Shown: positions 25,870 through 38,344 of the stretch, in pieces | Numbering within the stretch: the stretch's first letter is position 1 | Layout of the letters: each line of letters starts with the position of its first letter | From: Lama glama | Lineage: Eukaryota | Reading direction: 5' to 3' | Length of the DNA: 64,000 nt | Assembly (NCBI GenBank): GCA_028534125.1 | Contig: CM052818.1 | Location: forward strand, 39,620,001-39,684,000 | Made by a program: the position numbers and the translations under genes | Notes under the pieces: generated by a model | The model's database searches: none | What the model saw: only the letters and a program-made list of their open reading frames with translations | Told to the model about the DNA's origin: nothing

Positions 25870-28740
25870 GTTCTTCTTAGGATAATGAGAAATGTAGAAA
25901 GCTATACGATAACCTTGCTCCTATTCTATTAATGAGAAAATACTGAATAATCAACAAAGTAATAATTTTCTTAAAACCATCATAGAGTTGAGGCAACAAA
26001 GCAACCAGGAGAACTGAATTTCAGAAGTGCAGGTCTCTCCGAGAAGGAGAACAAACACAGGGACAATTTCACCTTTGACATAACATGGGAAGAAGTTGCT
26101 GCCATGAAAGGAAAGAAGAAGACAGCTAAGAATTTTGATGAATTCTTATAGGTTGAGCACAGATTTGTATGATAGCTTAGAATGGCTGGGAGCACTGACA
26201 CAAGGGAATCTCCACTCATTAGGGTTCTCAAAAGAAAAACTGGGGACAGGGCAGGATCCAGGCGATGGGTTCTCAGTGGTAGGGATCAACTGCTGATCCA
26301 CAGATGTAAAGCACTGCTAACGTCCCTAGATCGTTCTCATACTGAAGGAAAGGTCTTAAGATGCTGAACAAAGGGCTTGAAGCCCTCTTGGATCCAGGAT
26401 TCTGCACTGATACAAAGCGGATATCTTCTGCTACTGAGAAGAGACAAGAAATTTTCTACTGCCAATGCCCTGCCTCCCACTACCACCACATGGACACAGG
26501 GCAGAGTGGCTGCCATCGTGAGGTTTTGAAAGGAATCCTAAAAATCCTCAATTCCCAAGGCCATGGTACACAGGACCTGCCTAAGACTGATTCTGGATCA
26601 GGAGAACCAAGAACTCCCCCTCTGAGTCTAGCACCAAATAAGAAGCAGCAGCTGTCTTCTGCTGGAGTTGGTCAGAAGCATGGAGACAGATGTGTCTGTG
26701 GCGCAGAGTTGCAGGGGCTGCTGAAAGCAGAGAGTGAAGCAAGAACACTGAGGAAAACTCCTCAGCATTCCTTACTCCACACTAAGCACAAGGTAACAGT
26801 AACCCACTGCTGGAGGAATTTGAGTCTGTGATGCACCAAAGGTAACTATAGCAATATGATAACCCAGATCAGTTAGATTGAATCAACTTCCCATACTAAT
26901 GGCCTGACAGAAGAAGAAACACACCCATTTCTGCATGTAAATTTTTTAACTCTACCTATATTGTTCTGAACAATAAAAATTGCAAAAACTTTAAAGAGCA
27001 GGAAAAAATAACTTGTCATGAGATCAATAATAGAGATGATTTAGATGTTTGAACCATCAAATTTGTATTTTAAGATAGCTGTGATTAATATTTATTAAAC
27101 ATATTAGCCATTGGGAAGATGTAGACAACATGCAAGAATAGATTGAGACTTTGAGTAAAGTGCTGAAAACTGTATATAAAAAAAGAGTTTACAAGCAGAT
27201 GGGATACAGTGAAAGAAATAAAATGAGTGAACTTGAAGTTTGGACAGCAGAAATCATCCAAACTTAAACACAAAAAAGAAAAGCAAGCAGGGGCAGGAGT
27301 GGGAGAACAGAGCATCCAAGAATCATGGGGCAGTATCAGAAGTCTGACATACGTATAATTGGAATCCCAGATGGAGAAGAAATGAACAAAGCAGATGAAA
27401 TATTTGAAAAAGATCATGGCCCAAACTTTAATAAAAATGTAATAAACCAAAGATCCCCAAACTCAGTAAATCCCTAAGCAGGATTATTTGCCTTCCCCAA
27501 CACCTCACACCTCAACACATCATATTCAAATTGCTGAAAACTAAAGATGAAGAAAATATCTTGAGGGCAGCTAGAGAAAGAGTACATTTTATAAGTTGCA
27601 GATGTCATAAGCCATAATTTTACTAAAAGTAAAATTAAAACAGAGGTATAACTAAGGACTCAATAATGGAGGTAAAATGAGCACAAAATAATCAGAAAGC
27701 AAGAAAAGAGGGCAAAAAGCTATGAAGAACAGATGAGACAAATAGCAAACAACTAGCAAGATGACAGATTTTTGTCCAGCCATATGAATAATCAGATCAA
27801 ATATAAATGGTCTACACACTCCAGTTGAAAAGCTGTGCTTCTATATATATGGATACCAAATTATCATGTTATATATCTCAAATTTACACAATGTTATATG
27901 TCAGTTATATTTCAGTAAACATTGGGGGAAAAAGAAAAGCAGTGATGGTCAAGTTGGGTAAAAAGCCAGATAAATCTATATAGTATTTATGAGAAATCTA
28001 CTTTAAATAGAGATGTAGCTAGGTGGGAGTGTAAGTGTGGAAAAAGATATACCACACAAACTTTAATCAAAAGAAAGTCAGAGTAGCTGTGTTAATATCA
28101 GACAAAACAGACTTCAAAGGAACATTACATTATTATAAAGTAGTCATTTAATCAAAAAGACATAAAAGTTCAGAAAGTGTATACACTTGGCAGAATTTTG
28201 AAATACATAAAGCAAGAACTTTCAGAAATTAATGGAGAAATAAACAAGCCCACATTTATAGATAGAGAACATAATACTCTCACTCAGTAACTGATAGAAA
28301 AAGTAGACAGAAAATTAGTGGGGCTGCGGAAGACCAAAACCATACCACCAACCATCAGCAGATTGATACTTACAGAACACTTCCCCCACCAATACATATT
28401 CTTTTCAAATGCATATGGAACATTCATAAAGATGCACTACTTCCTGGGCCATGGAACAAAACTCAACAAATTTCAAAGAATTGAAATTATGCAGAGTATG
28501 TTCTTTTGATAAAAATCAATTTAAGCTAGAAACAATGACAGAAACTTATTGGAGACAGTATTGTAAAATACTCAAATGTTCTAAAATTAAATAGCATATT
28601 TCTACGCCATCTGTGTATCAAGAAATCACAAGGGAAATTAGAAAATATTCTGAGTTAAATGAAAATGAATACAGTATATAAAAATTTGTGTGATGCAGCT
28701 ATGGCAATACTTAGAGGGAAATGCATAACAGAAAAGAATA
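25870..28740 (+). mobile_element. Old L1 (L1MC/MD/M4-type): 5' region, partial ORF1, ORF2 endonuclease; 3'-truncated
   Basis: ORF1 remnant EQSIQESW...IIGIPDGEE..EIFEK at ~27305-27420; EN NINGLHTPVEK at ~27800; ORF 28318-28509 YIFFSNAYGTFIKMHYFLGHGTKLNKFQRIEIMQSMF matches EN YTFFSSAHGTFSKIDHILGHK. Confidence 0.9.
27838..27933 (+). mobile_element. ~95 bp L1 (L1MA9-like) 3' end inserted in the older L1 EN codons
   Basis: aaattatcatgttatatatctcaaatttacacaatgttatatgtcagttatatttcagtaaa; TSD gaaaagctgtg (27827-27837) / gaaaagcagtg (27934-27944). Confidence 0.8.
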
Positions 28741-28753
28741 GCGTAGAAAATAC

Positions 28754-30790
28754 CAGTGCATTTCAAGGATTCTAAGTAGGAACCACATGTATTGCAATTA
28801 ATACCAGGCCAACTACCGAGCCACATGGGAGATAATTTGTTTGAAAGAGACATGACAAAGATACATACTGAGTATGAATGAGTTTTTAATTTATTGCTTA
28901 TTGTTTTCTCATTTGGTTTTGTGATATGACAGCCAGTTTGATTATCAATATAACAGGACGGTTAAAGTGTATTGTTTAGTTTTTTTATTACTATAGCCCA
29001 TAGTTTTGAAACTAAGTGAGAAATTACTTTTCTCAGCTCTAAGCAAGAGTGTGGAGACTTTCAATCAAATTTCAGTTGTGAACTTTCAGTGAATTTTTTA
29101 GAAAGGAAGTTTAAAATATGACATTTTCTGAGTTTGCAACAATTGTGCCGTTTAATAACAAAGAGTATAGATTGCTCAGTAAAAGATATTGATTTTTTTA
29201 TTAGAAGAAAAAATAATATTCATGTTCAATTTCAACTCCTGGGTATAAAGTGTAATGATATTGGTAAAATCATTGACCCTATTCTAAAAAATTTCTTATA
29301 GTGAAGTTTATTGAAAAAATAATTTTATCAAGTGCTGAAAACACAATGAGAATAACAGAATCCAGTGTATTTTTGTTATGAAAGTTCAAACCTTCAAAAT
29401 TAAGAGATTAAAATCTACTCGGCAACACAGTATGACAAATTTGTTGATAAAAATTCTCAAATATTTTTGTTGGGAAAAAAATTATTGCAACATTTTCTGC
29501 AACGTTTTTCAACCACTAAGCCTTTGTTATTACCATATTTAATAGTCTATAGTATTAATATATAGTGTGGCAAAGAGAAAATTGTTACTATAATTGCTGG
29601 AAAATTTGTTTTTCCATTATGTATTGATGCTGTGTGTACCTTTATTTTATCTTATATAATCTTTACTGTTGAAGAATATTTCACAGCAATGTTTATTACA
29701 TACTCAAGTTTGGATTCTAGAATCCAGTCTAATGAATGTCCTGATATTTGTGAGATAATTGTGGCAAGACAATTTTATAGCAGATTTGTTCAGTTGTATA
29801 AATTTTACCTAGATTAGAATAAATTTAGCCTAGATTTGAATTTCTTCCTAGACTCAGGAAGAAAAATTGCTAGTCAACATAAATTGACCTGAAAAAACTA
29901 CAAAATAATTACAGGTGATAAGGCTGAAAATATATTGGAAAGTATATAGGAGTTAGTAAAATGGTTAGAGTTTATTAATAATGGTTCCATTCCAAAACAC
30001 TTAAGAATACTTCATAAATCTGGGGAATCTCGAACATTTCTGCTAATTGTCATGGATATATTTAAAAATACATTGAATTGTTTTTAATTTATTGAAAGGC
30101 TTTTTACTAGGTAACTGGGTTTTGGAAATATTTTGTTCAGAAATTGTAGTTAAACATTGTTATTTACAATATCACTCTGAAAGTCCTTGATTTTTGGAAG
30201 AGAAAGTACGAAGCAGGGCACAGAAACTCACAAATGAGATTCACATTTTCAGTTATAAAAGAATCTCTCTTGGAAAATATTTCTACAGATGTCATATGGG
30301 TAACAAGTTTGGCTACTTAACTGATATTTTTAGCGTTCTTAACAAATTTAATTTAAAACTGCATGGAAAACCAATGCTATATTTCAACATGTCAGATGTA
30401 TTCAAGAAGTTCCAAAAGATGTTGTTATGGCAAGGAAGATTCAAAAATAATCACCCTAGTTGCTATGTTTTCCCAACATTGCTGTAACATATTGAGAAGA
30501 ATGTTATTAATGAAGCCAATTTGAATAAAATAAATTTAGAGGTATTGTTACTTTTCAATTCTGTGTCTCAATACTTTAATCATTACTTTCCAAAAAAGAA
30601 ATTCAAAACATTAGAGAAAAATGTTTTCTTTACAGATCTTGAATTAATAATTTATTTAAACTTGGTCAATCAAAAAAAAATTTATTGTGTCTCAGCTCTA
30701 TACCAAAGACTATTTATAACATAGAATTTCTCATTATTTTTGGTTAAGATTACAGGAGAATTTCTACTGCTAAATAGAAAAAGTTACTAG
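28754..30790 (+). mobile_element. hAT (Charlie/Buster) DNA transposon fossil, Charlie9-like, with near full-length decayed transposase related to FAM200A/FAM200B
   Basis: Collinear remnants: YSEVY*KNNFIKC*KHNENNRIQCIF (from 29297), QYDKFVDKILKYF, EKIVTIIAGKFVFPLCIDAVCT, RIQSNECPDI (ORF 29632), KLTNEIHIF...FGYLTDIFSVLNKFNLKLHGK...LLWQGRFKNNHPSCYVFPTLL (ORF 30194), KINLEVLLLFNSVSQYFNHYFPKKKFKTL (ORF 30521). Many stops and frameshifts. Possible left TIR CAGTGCATTTCAA at 28754. Confidence 0.9.
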
Positions 30791-30869
30791 AAATTTCTTG
30801 TGCTGTTACATTTCCTTCAGCATCCTCTGCATTACACATGGAGAAATCTGACCCGGGACCCAAATGTCC

Positions 30870-31060
30870 CAGGGTAGTGGGACAGTCTTGGGCAGTGGTC
30901 TTTGAGGAGTGGTGAGGTTGGGAATTCTATGTTCTAGTTCCAATTTTTTCATTAAGTAGTTGTGGGGCAATAGGGAAAGTAATTATTTATTTGCTATGCT
31001 TCTGCATTTTAAACATGAGGTGATTGGATTATAAGATCTCTAAGGCCTCCATCAGCTGTG
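30870..31060 (+). mobile_element. MIR3-like SINE
   Basis: gttctagttcc...aaacatgaggtgattggattataagatctctaaggcctccatcagct (L3-type tail). Confidence 0.65.
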
Positions 31061-31554
31061 AGTCACCAAATCACATCAGTTTTTGAAAATCCAGGCATGG
31101 AACTGAACTACAGAGGGGCTGGGGCCCCAACCAGAAAGACTCTTCGACATTGTAGGGGATGCCAGACTGATTTAAAATACACAGCGCCTACCTCAGGTGG
31201 CTTTCTCTCGAGTGGATGTGGCCAGCATGAAAATAACCATGGTGTGTAATAAATGCTGCTGTCATGGTACACATTCTCCTCAAAGAGAAATTAGAAGCCA
31301 GTGCTTTAACATAATTGATAGAACTCTACATGCTTCTAATGTTTTCTGCATATATTACTTGGCTTGGCACAATATATATCAAATAAATGGATTCTGCCTT
31401 TGTTAAATTTTTTGCATGGCTCTGTATTCAAAAAGCCTAGTCTTCGTTACCAGTTAGACCTCTCCTCTGGGCTCCAGATTCATATGCCTGTCTGTCTACT
31501 TTATGTAGCAATGTACATGCTGGAGTTTTTCCCTTCTCTTGGTCTGTACGCCGG

Positions 31555-31775
31555 TCGCGCAGTGTGATAGAGTTGTCAGAACACTGGATTATGGATCAAC
31601 AAACATGGGTTTTAGTCTGAGTCACCTCATCTCAAGTTTTCTCATCTATAAAACAGAGAAAATAAGCCCTGTTTATCCATTGAAATGAACATTTTTGCCA
31701 AGATCAAATAGGTATGGAGGTATTTGGTAAAATGTAAAGTATTCTACAGATGTAAGGGATTGTTATTATTTCTAA
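31555..31775 (+). mobile_element. MIR SINE
   Basis: ctcaagttttctcatctataaaacagagaaaataa...gatcaaataggtatggagg. Confidence 0.7.
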
Positions 31776-32619
31776 ATATGAATATGCAAAGAAATACAGG
31801 CTGAAGAAGCTAGGACTTTAACTTGCAGCTCCTCTGAACTAGACCTAGAACTCATGGTGAGCACCAGAGGTGCCTTTGGCTTTGCTCTTTATGTAGCCGA
31901 AGGGAATGATTCATGAGCTGCTGTTATGGGACTTATATATGTAGCACCACCTGGGTGTGTGGTCAACGGTGCCAAAGTTATTTGGTCACCGGAATTTCAG
32001 AGAAACGCCTGGAGCACATCACTAGTACTTGGTGGGTGGTTATAGTCAACGTCTTTCTGAAGGACTGGGAGAGTAGATTCGATGCTCATGTCTGCTAGAG
32101 ACCCTGTTGAAAGTGAATGAGTGAAAGTTACAGCGTGCTTTCAGCAGGCCTGGGAGAAGCATGGCTTCTAGTCTGCAGCAGAGGGTCCACTCCATTCCCA
32201 AAGCCCCCATGCAGGCCTGTCTTTGCCATCCATTATTGGGATGGTTGGTTTCCTTTTCGGCTGCTCCTAATTGGCTGTGAATTCCTTGAGGGCAGGGATG
32301 ACTTTTAGCCATCTTTCAATTTCCAGCTCTTGAGACCTACAAGTGCAGAGTATGTGCCCAAAAACCCCTTTTGTGACTATTTGGAGGACTAAAAAGAAAA
32401 AGAAGAGAAAATGATGGCTAAGAGTAGGTTCGTGGTCTTGCAGAGCGGGAGAGCTGTGACCAGACGGTTAGTAAGTGACAGGCTATATGTGAGGATAGAA
32501 ACTTCAGAGAAGGCTTCTTTGAGAAGACGACACTTGAACTGCATCTTGAAGGAGGTGGAGGCCAGGGCCAGGGGAAGAACAGAGGAATGATGGTTTGAAT
32601 GTTCTGTAATGCTACATGC

Positions 32620-32825
32620 GTAAGAGGCTTAAATATTTCAAGGTGCTTTCGCATCCATTATCTCAGTTCTCACAGAAATTCAAATGTGAAGAGGATAATC
32701 CTTAGGGCCACATTCATAGATCAGGAAAACAAACCCCAAATAGCTCTAAGGACTTGATTAACACACAGGCTGGAGGGAAGACCAGAATTAGAACTCTCCT
32801 AACTTTAATATTTTTTACTGTTCAC
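32620..32825 (-). mobile_element. MIR, degenerate
   Basis: ccacattcatagatcaggaaaacaaacccc...aaggacttg. Confidence 0.55.
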
Positions 32826-33429
32826 CCTAGAACGTACTGCTTTATGTGCAGGTGGGGAAGCTTCCACTCTGGATCCCAGACCATTCTTTGAGTGCACCGA
32901 ACAGTGAATTTGAAGGAGTTTCCAGAAGTAATTATTAACTGGGTAGGAAAATGAACTGTTTGTCCAAGTTTGGGATGGAGAGACTTATTTGGTAGCTGGT
33001 GCTTTATTTATAAACAAAAGGAATTCGTTGCTTACAATGTAGATATCAGGGATAGTAAAGACAAAAGAGTCTAAGTCACGGTGACATAAACAAGCCTAGT
33101 GGGTGTGGAGAGCAGAGCTGAATCGACCAATTGTTGTGCAGTATCTGAAACTTAAAAAAAAGAAGAAATCCTTTTGGATTTTGAAAAAAAAAATCCTCAA
33201 ACTTCCTTCTGCAGGGCTCTTCTCTGTTCCCTTCATTTCTAAACTTGTGAACATTTAAAGAAAAATCAAATCCATATGCTTTGGGATTAACAACATTTAA
33301 ATCGTAAAGCAGCATGACATAAGAACCGTTTGATGTCCAAGGGGCAGTGTGCCTTTGGTCGTCTAAATGAAAGTATGTTTGTAAGATACAACTCCAAAAT
33401 GTTCAAGCACTATGTACGTTCTAAATGAT

Positions 33430-33795
33430 CACGGACTTTCTCAAGTTAAATCTGTGATCTGGAAGCAAGTCATTTCAATTCTCTGGACCCCAGCATTCTC
33501 ATCTGCAGACTAGGGTTCACTCGATCACCTCTGTGTTCCTTCCTAGCTGTGATGTTGTGTGGTTCTGGCCCTGTGGCTATTTCTGGCTCACAAGCACAGA
33601 GAGACTGCCTGGGTTCCTGCTCTGGCTCTGCCACGGATGAACTCTAAGTGGTTTAGTCTCGTTGGCTTCAGTTTCTTTATTTATAAAAATGCAATGATAG
33701 AACCTACCTCATAGTGTTGTGAGTTAACACAGGCAGAACGCTGAGATCTGGGTGGAGGACACAGAAAGCGTTAAATATGAAAGCTAGTATTGCAC
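33430..33795 (+). mobile_element. Two adjacent MIR-family SINEs
   Basis: tgtgatctggaagcaagtcatttcaattctctggaccccagcattctcatctgca and ctgggttcctgctctggctctgccac...ttcagtttctttatttataaaaatg. Confidence 0.7.
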
Positions 33796-33824
33796 ACTGG
33801 CCGCCTTTTCGCTTTGATGACAGT

Positions 33825-34445
33825 GAAACTAGCTAACGTTGACTGAGTGCTGCCCTTCTAGGCAGGTGCTACACCCTTGCCTATACTGTCTTGTTCAGCC
33901 CTTACAACCCTACATGGGAGTTAATATTTTCTCTCTTGTAGGTGAGGAGACTGAGGCTTAAAGCAGCTTGCTCCTGATGTGCTTATATGTGGAATATAAA
34001 GAATGATACAAATGAACTTATTTACAGTCAAAATAGACTCACAGACGACATAGAAAACAAACTTATGGTTACCAAAGGGGAAAAGGGGGGAGGGATAAAA
34101 TAGGAGTTTGGGATTAACATACATTACTACATATAAAATAGATAAACAACAAGGACCTACTGTGTAGCATAGGGAACTGTATTCAATATCTTATAATAAC
34201 CTATAAATGGAGAAGAATCCATTATATATTCTTTTTTTCACCTGAAAAAGAATATATATATGTATAACTGAATCACTTTGCTTTACACCTGAAACCGAAC
34301 TAACACAGCATTATAAATCAGCTATATGTCAATTAAAAAAAAAAAAGATTGTTCCAAAGCATACATCTAGGAAGTGGCAAACCCGGGAATTAAAGCCACT
34401 GTCTGGATGTCAGAGAAGGAGTTTTCAACCTCTATCAGCTGCCTC
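33825..34445 (-). mobile_element. MIR split by an L1 3'-end insertion
   Basis: Left half ...tgtaggtgaggagactgaggctta; right half ttgttccaaagcatacatctaggaagtggcaaacccggga. Confidence 0.75.
33978..34347 (+). mobile_element. Cetartiodactyl-type L1 3' end with poly(A), ~370 bp
   Basis: gatacaaatgaacttatttac...aaacttatggttaccaaagggg...caacaaggacctactgtgtagcatagggaact...tcaatt followed by an A-tail. Confidence 0.9.
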
Positions 34446-34984
34446 CTCCTTCTAACTACCATGTCCAGGTAGAACCCAAGGCTATATCCAGGGCTGGAAG
34501 TAGGGATTTCTGTAATTTGAAAACCTCCTCTGGACTAGGGCCAGAAAATATGATTCAGAAAGTAGCACACACCAATCTGTAGTACTCATTCACATTATTA
34601 TATCCTCAGTTGTTCTAATTCATTCATCTCATAAGTCACTTTCTGCTTTTAACATCAGCTTATTGATTATTTCTGTGTTTCTGCTGATTTTTTTTTTAAC
34701 CCCAGCAATTTACTACCCTCCAGTTAAATTCAACTAGCAACTCAAGGATATACTACTCTGGATAAAGAAGAACATTACAGAATTTTTTTAAATGATAGCA
34801 AAATCAAAAACAAGCAAACAAAACCCACCACACAATCTTAAGTAAATAAAAGTATATGCATGGTATGTCTCCTATGCTCCTGCTGAAAACAGACATAGTT
34901 TTTTGTGTCTGTATATTTCTTAACTAGACATAAACAAAACCATTCTGTGCGTGTCTTAAGGAAGTGGGAATGGAGGCATGAGCA

Positions 34985-35365
34985 GACACCTCAGCCTTTC
35001 TCTGCAGCCTCATCTCATGCCATTCTCTTCTCTCTTTGGACTTTAGTCACACTGACATTCTTTCAGTCCCATAAACTCATCAGTCTCCTTTCTGCCGCAG
35101 GACTTCTGTGCATGCTTCATCAGCTCCCCTCTCCCCAAATCTCTCGCCTTTGCTCTTTGCCTTACTAATTTCTATTAATTTTCCAAAGTGCAGTTCCAAC
35201 TGCCCTTATTCACACTTTCATAGCACCTGTATAATTAATGGTTTAATGTTGATGCACATGCTGGAAGGTAAGCTCCTTGAAGACTGGAACCTTCTTTTCT
35301 GTTATTTTCACCATTATATTCACTGTGACAAGTGCAGTAATTTGTATGCTCCATAGTGAATGAAA
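34985..35365 (+). mobile_element. L2 3' portion
   Basis: cagcctcatctc...cactgacattctttcagtccc...gtaagctccttgaagactggaacc. Confidence 0.65.
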
Positions 35366-35589
35366 ACTCATAGGTTTTTAACAGGTAAATATTATATTTT
35401 ACTCCTAGAACCTGGTGCAACTCAAGCATCAGTGCTGGAATGATGACTGGGAGAGAGTTTGAGCTTGGAGTCCAGGAATCTGCCTCTTTAACATTAATCC
35501 CATTTGGACCACGTTGGCAGACAGTACCTTGAGCACCATGGTAAAGTGGAGAGAACATATGTTTCAGAGTCAAGATCTGATTTTAAATC

Positions 35590-35870
35590 CCATTCATTCA
35601 CTAATTTAAGAAGTATTTTGAGTGCAGACACTGTACTGGAAGCTGAAGAGACAGCAGCAAACTGCCTCAGAGTGTGCCTGTCTTCAAGGACTTTATATTT
35701 TGCTGGAGGAGAGACAAGTGAAACGCTGGGAATGTGTGATGAGAAGGGGAAGCAAGGGGTGCTCTGGGGACCCAGCACTGGGAGGACACCTGACGTCATC
35801 TGGGTGGTCTGGGAGGCTTCCTGAGGAAGTGAGGGCTAAACTGAGACCCCTTGGAGGAGGTCAGCTGTAG
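35590..35870 (-). mobile_element. L2 3' portion
   Basis: cattcattcac...cagacactgtactggaagctgaagagacagcag...gaggcttcctgaggaagtga. Confidence 0.7.
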
Positions 35871-38344
35871 AGCAGTTCAGTGGGGCTGGGGCACATCAGG
35901 AGGCATGGCTGATGGTGCCAATTGGGGGGACAGAATGGGCAGAGCAGGGGAGTTCACTGTGGGGCTAAGACCAAGGAGAGGACATCTGGAAGGGGGCATC
36001 TCTAAAGGCAGTGAACCTCCTTAAGGGGGGCATTCTAGATGGTTCACAAAATCCCCAAATGTTTCTATATGCTCTTTTTCTTAGATAAATGGAGAGTGGG
36101 TGACAGTGCCCCCTTTCCTGCCTCCTTAAGACTCATCCTGAAGTTTGAAGCACGCATTACCTCCACCTCCCCAACCCTGTGTTACTTTAATGAAATTGCC
36201 AAGATCAACGATTAGTCCCTCGTGATATGGAAGAGGCTCAGCAAACACAAAGCAATCAAGTTAAGAAAGTGGGTGACAGCACAGAATTTCATAAGTATTA
36301 AGAGTTAATTTAGGGCTTTTATATGAAACCCCCCAAGGGTCCTGCTCATAAATTCTCATTCTCTTTTCCACAGTCACTCGCCTTTCCCCATCCCAAACTC
36401 TTGTGAACTTCAAAGTCTCTCCCAGCCCCCAGAGGAGTTCTCTGGCCATGAGTGGGGAAATGAGCCTGGGAGCCGGCTGAAGCAGGGCCCCGTCCTCTCC
36501 CCTTTCAGAGTGAGACCGCCTGTCAACTTGGGTCACTGTCCTCTGGATGAAGGCGCGTTTTAAAAACAGTCTGAGCCAATGACTCTGGACGGTTTGGTCT
36601 CTTGTTGATATGGGATAATAAATTTCTAAATTCAGCAATGACAAATAACCCCTTGCAAGTTATTAATACTTCATAAAACAAATATTCCAACTTTTGTTTA
36701 GTTCCTGGCTTTCTCGGACTCTCTCCCCTTCTATTGTTCCGTCTTTCTCCTCATTTTTCTTTCTCCTCTTCTAGCATCTGTCTTTTCTCAGACTCCCTTC
36801 ACGGTTCTAAGTTTGGTTTTGATTTTTAAAATGTTGTTCCAAGTATACAGCTTGCTAATTTCTACCTTCATAACCTCTTTGAATTTCCAGGTGGAATTAA
36901 AAAAAAAAAAGGCTTGTCTTGGTTGCAACTGTTGTGGCTTTGCCTCAGGATTTCTTTTACCATCGAGGTAAAGGGGATTTTATACTTGGTATTTTTTTCT
37001 TTAAGGCTATTTTAAGATCGACTTGCTCCTTCTTATTCACCCTTTCCTCCTCTCCTAATCTTTCTTTCCACTTCTCTCTCTCCTTTCCTTGGACTCATTT
37101 ATCCAGCAGCTTCCCTCTGCCCTCCCCATCTCTTCTGTTTCTCTCCAACTTCCCTTCCTCTCTCTGAAGTTCATTTTCTTATTGGTATGCTTTAATATTC
37201 TGGGAGGAAAAAAAAAGGTTCTAATATTCCGTTGGAATCCCACCAGACCAGTTGTTTCTAGAAGCAATAAGGGTTTCCATGAAGCTTCTTTGAACATCCA
37301 CTTACTTTGACTTAAAAAAAAAAACAAACCCTTTAGAACAAAAGAGAAGAAGCTGAAATTCTTAACAGAAGCATGTAAAAATTGCTTATGCAAATGAAAG
37401 TTTCCATTACACAACTCATTTCCATATAATACATGTTCTTTCTCTCCGTTGTCCTGATTGAAGTTCTGTGTAAATACGAAGTCAAGCACATGTGCAAAAT
37501 TTAAACGCCAATCTTCCCTTTTCAAATATCTGCATTCTGCGAGTCACAGCACTTGCTCTTGCAAGCGGGCATCGCTAGCTCTTTCCTGCCACTTCGCAAC
37601 TCTCCGCGTTTTATAGCCTTCCAGGGAGAAGGGAGCCTGACTGCTTAAGTATCCCTCAAGGCAGGATGGACAGCGTCTCCAAATATCTAACAGATGTCGT
37701 GCTGTATCTCAGGATGAATCCATTATGGATTCGGAACTCTCGCTATGGTAACTTTTGCCAGGTTTCCTTTCACACTTGTGTTGAGGAAATGGCTTGAGCA
37801 TCAGTAAGGGGACAAGACAATAACAATAAACAGACACAGGTTTGAAGCGAGGCAGTAATAACGAAAACAACCCCGGCCCCCATGACAGTCGCTCTCCTTC
37901 CAGAGCCAGGTTGCAAATCACTTTCTGTTTCCTTCTCCCTGAGCTCACACACGTTCAGAGACACAGGATCTGAAAACGTGCCCATTTCAGTTCTTATTCA
38001 AGGAAATATTTGGATAAGAGAGACAGGGCTAAAGAAATTCAGAGTCATCTTGGAGGAAGTTATCAAAAGAGATGGTCGTGTTAGGCTTGGGAAGTGAAAA
38101 GAACGACTTAATTCTCTGTTCCTGTCTAATCAGAATCACTTGCAGCCTCGAAAGCAGGTCCTGATTGCAGTGGACGCCAGAGGCATATTTTCCATGTTCA
38201 AAGAAGAATCCATCATCTTCTCCCCCTCCTTCCAAACCTGTAGTCTCTCATCCAGTGTACCTAATACATCACTGTCATATTCCTTTTTTTATGCTCTTTA
38301 CTCTAACTGCCTTTGGTATTTTCGGGAAGTTGGTGTGATAAGAA

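Noticed and set aside
29190..30790. Functional FAM200A/B gene
   Set aside because: Multiple stops, frameshifts and deletions, degraded catalytic motif and missing C-terminus
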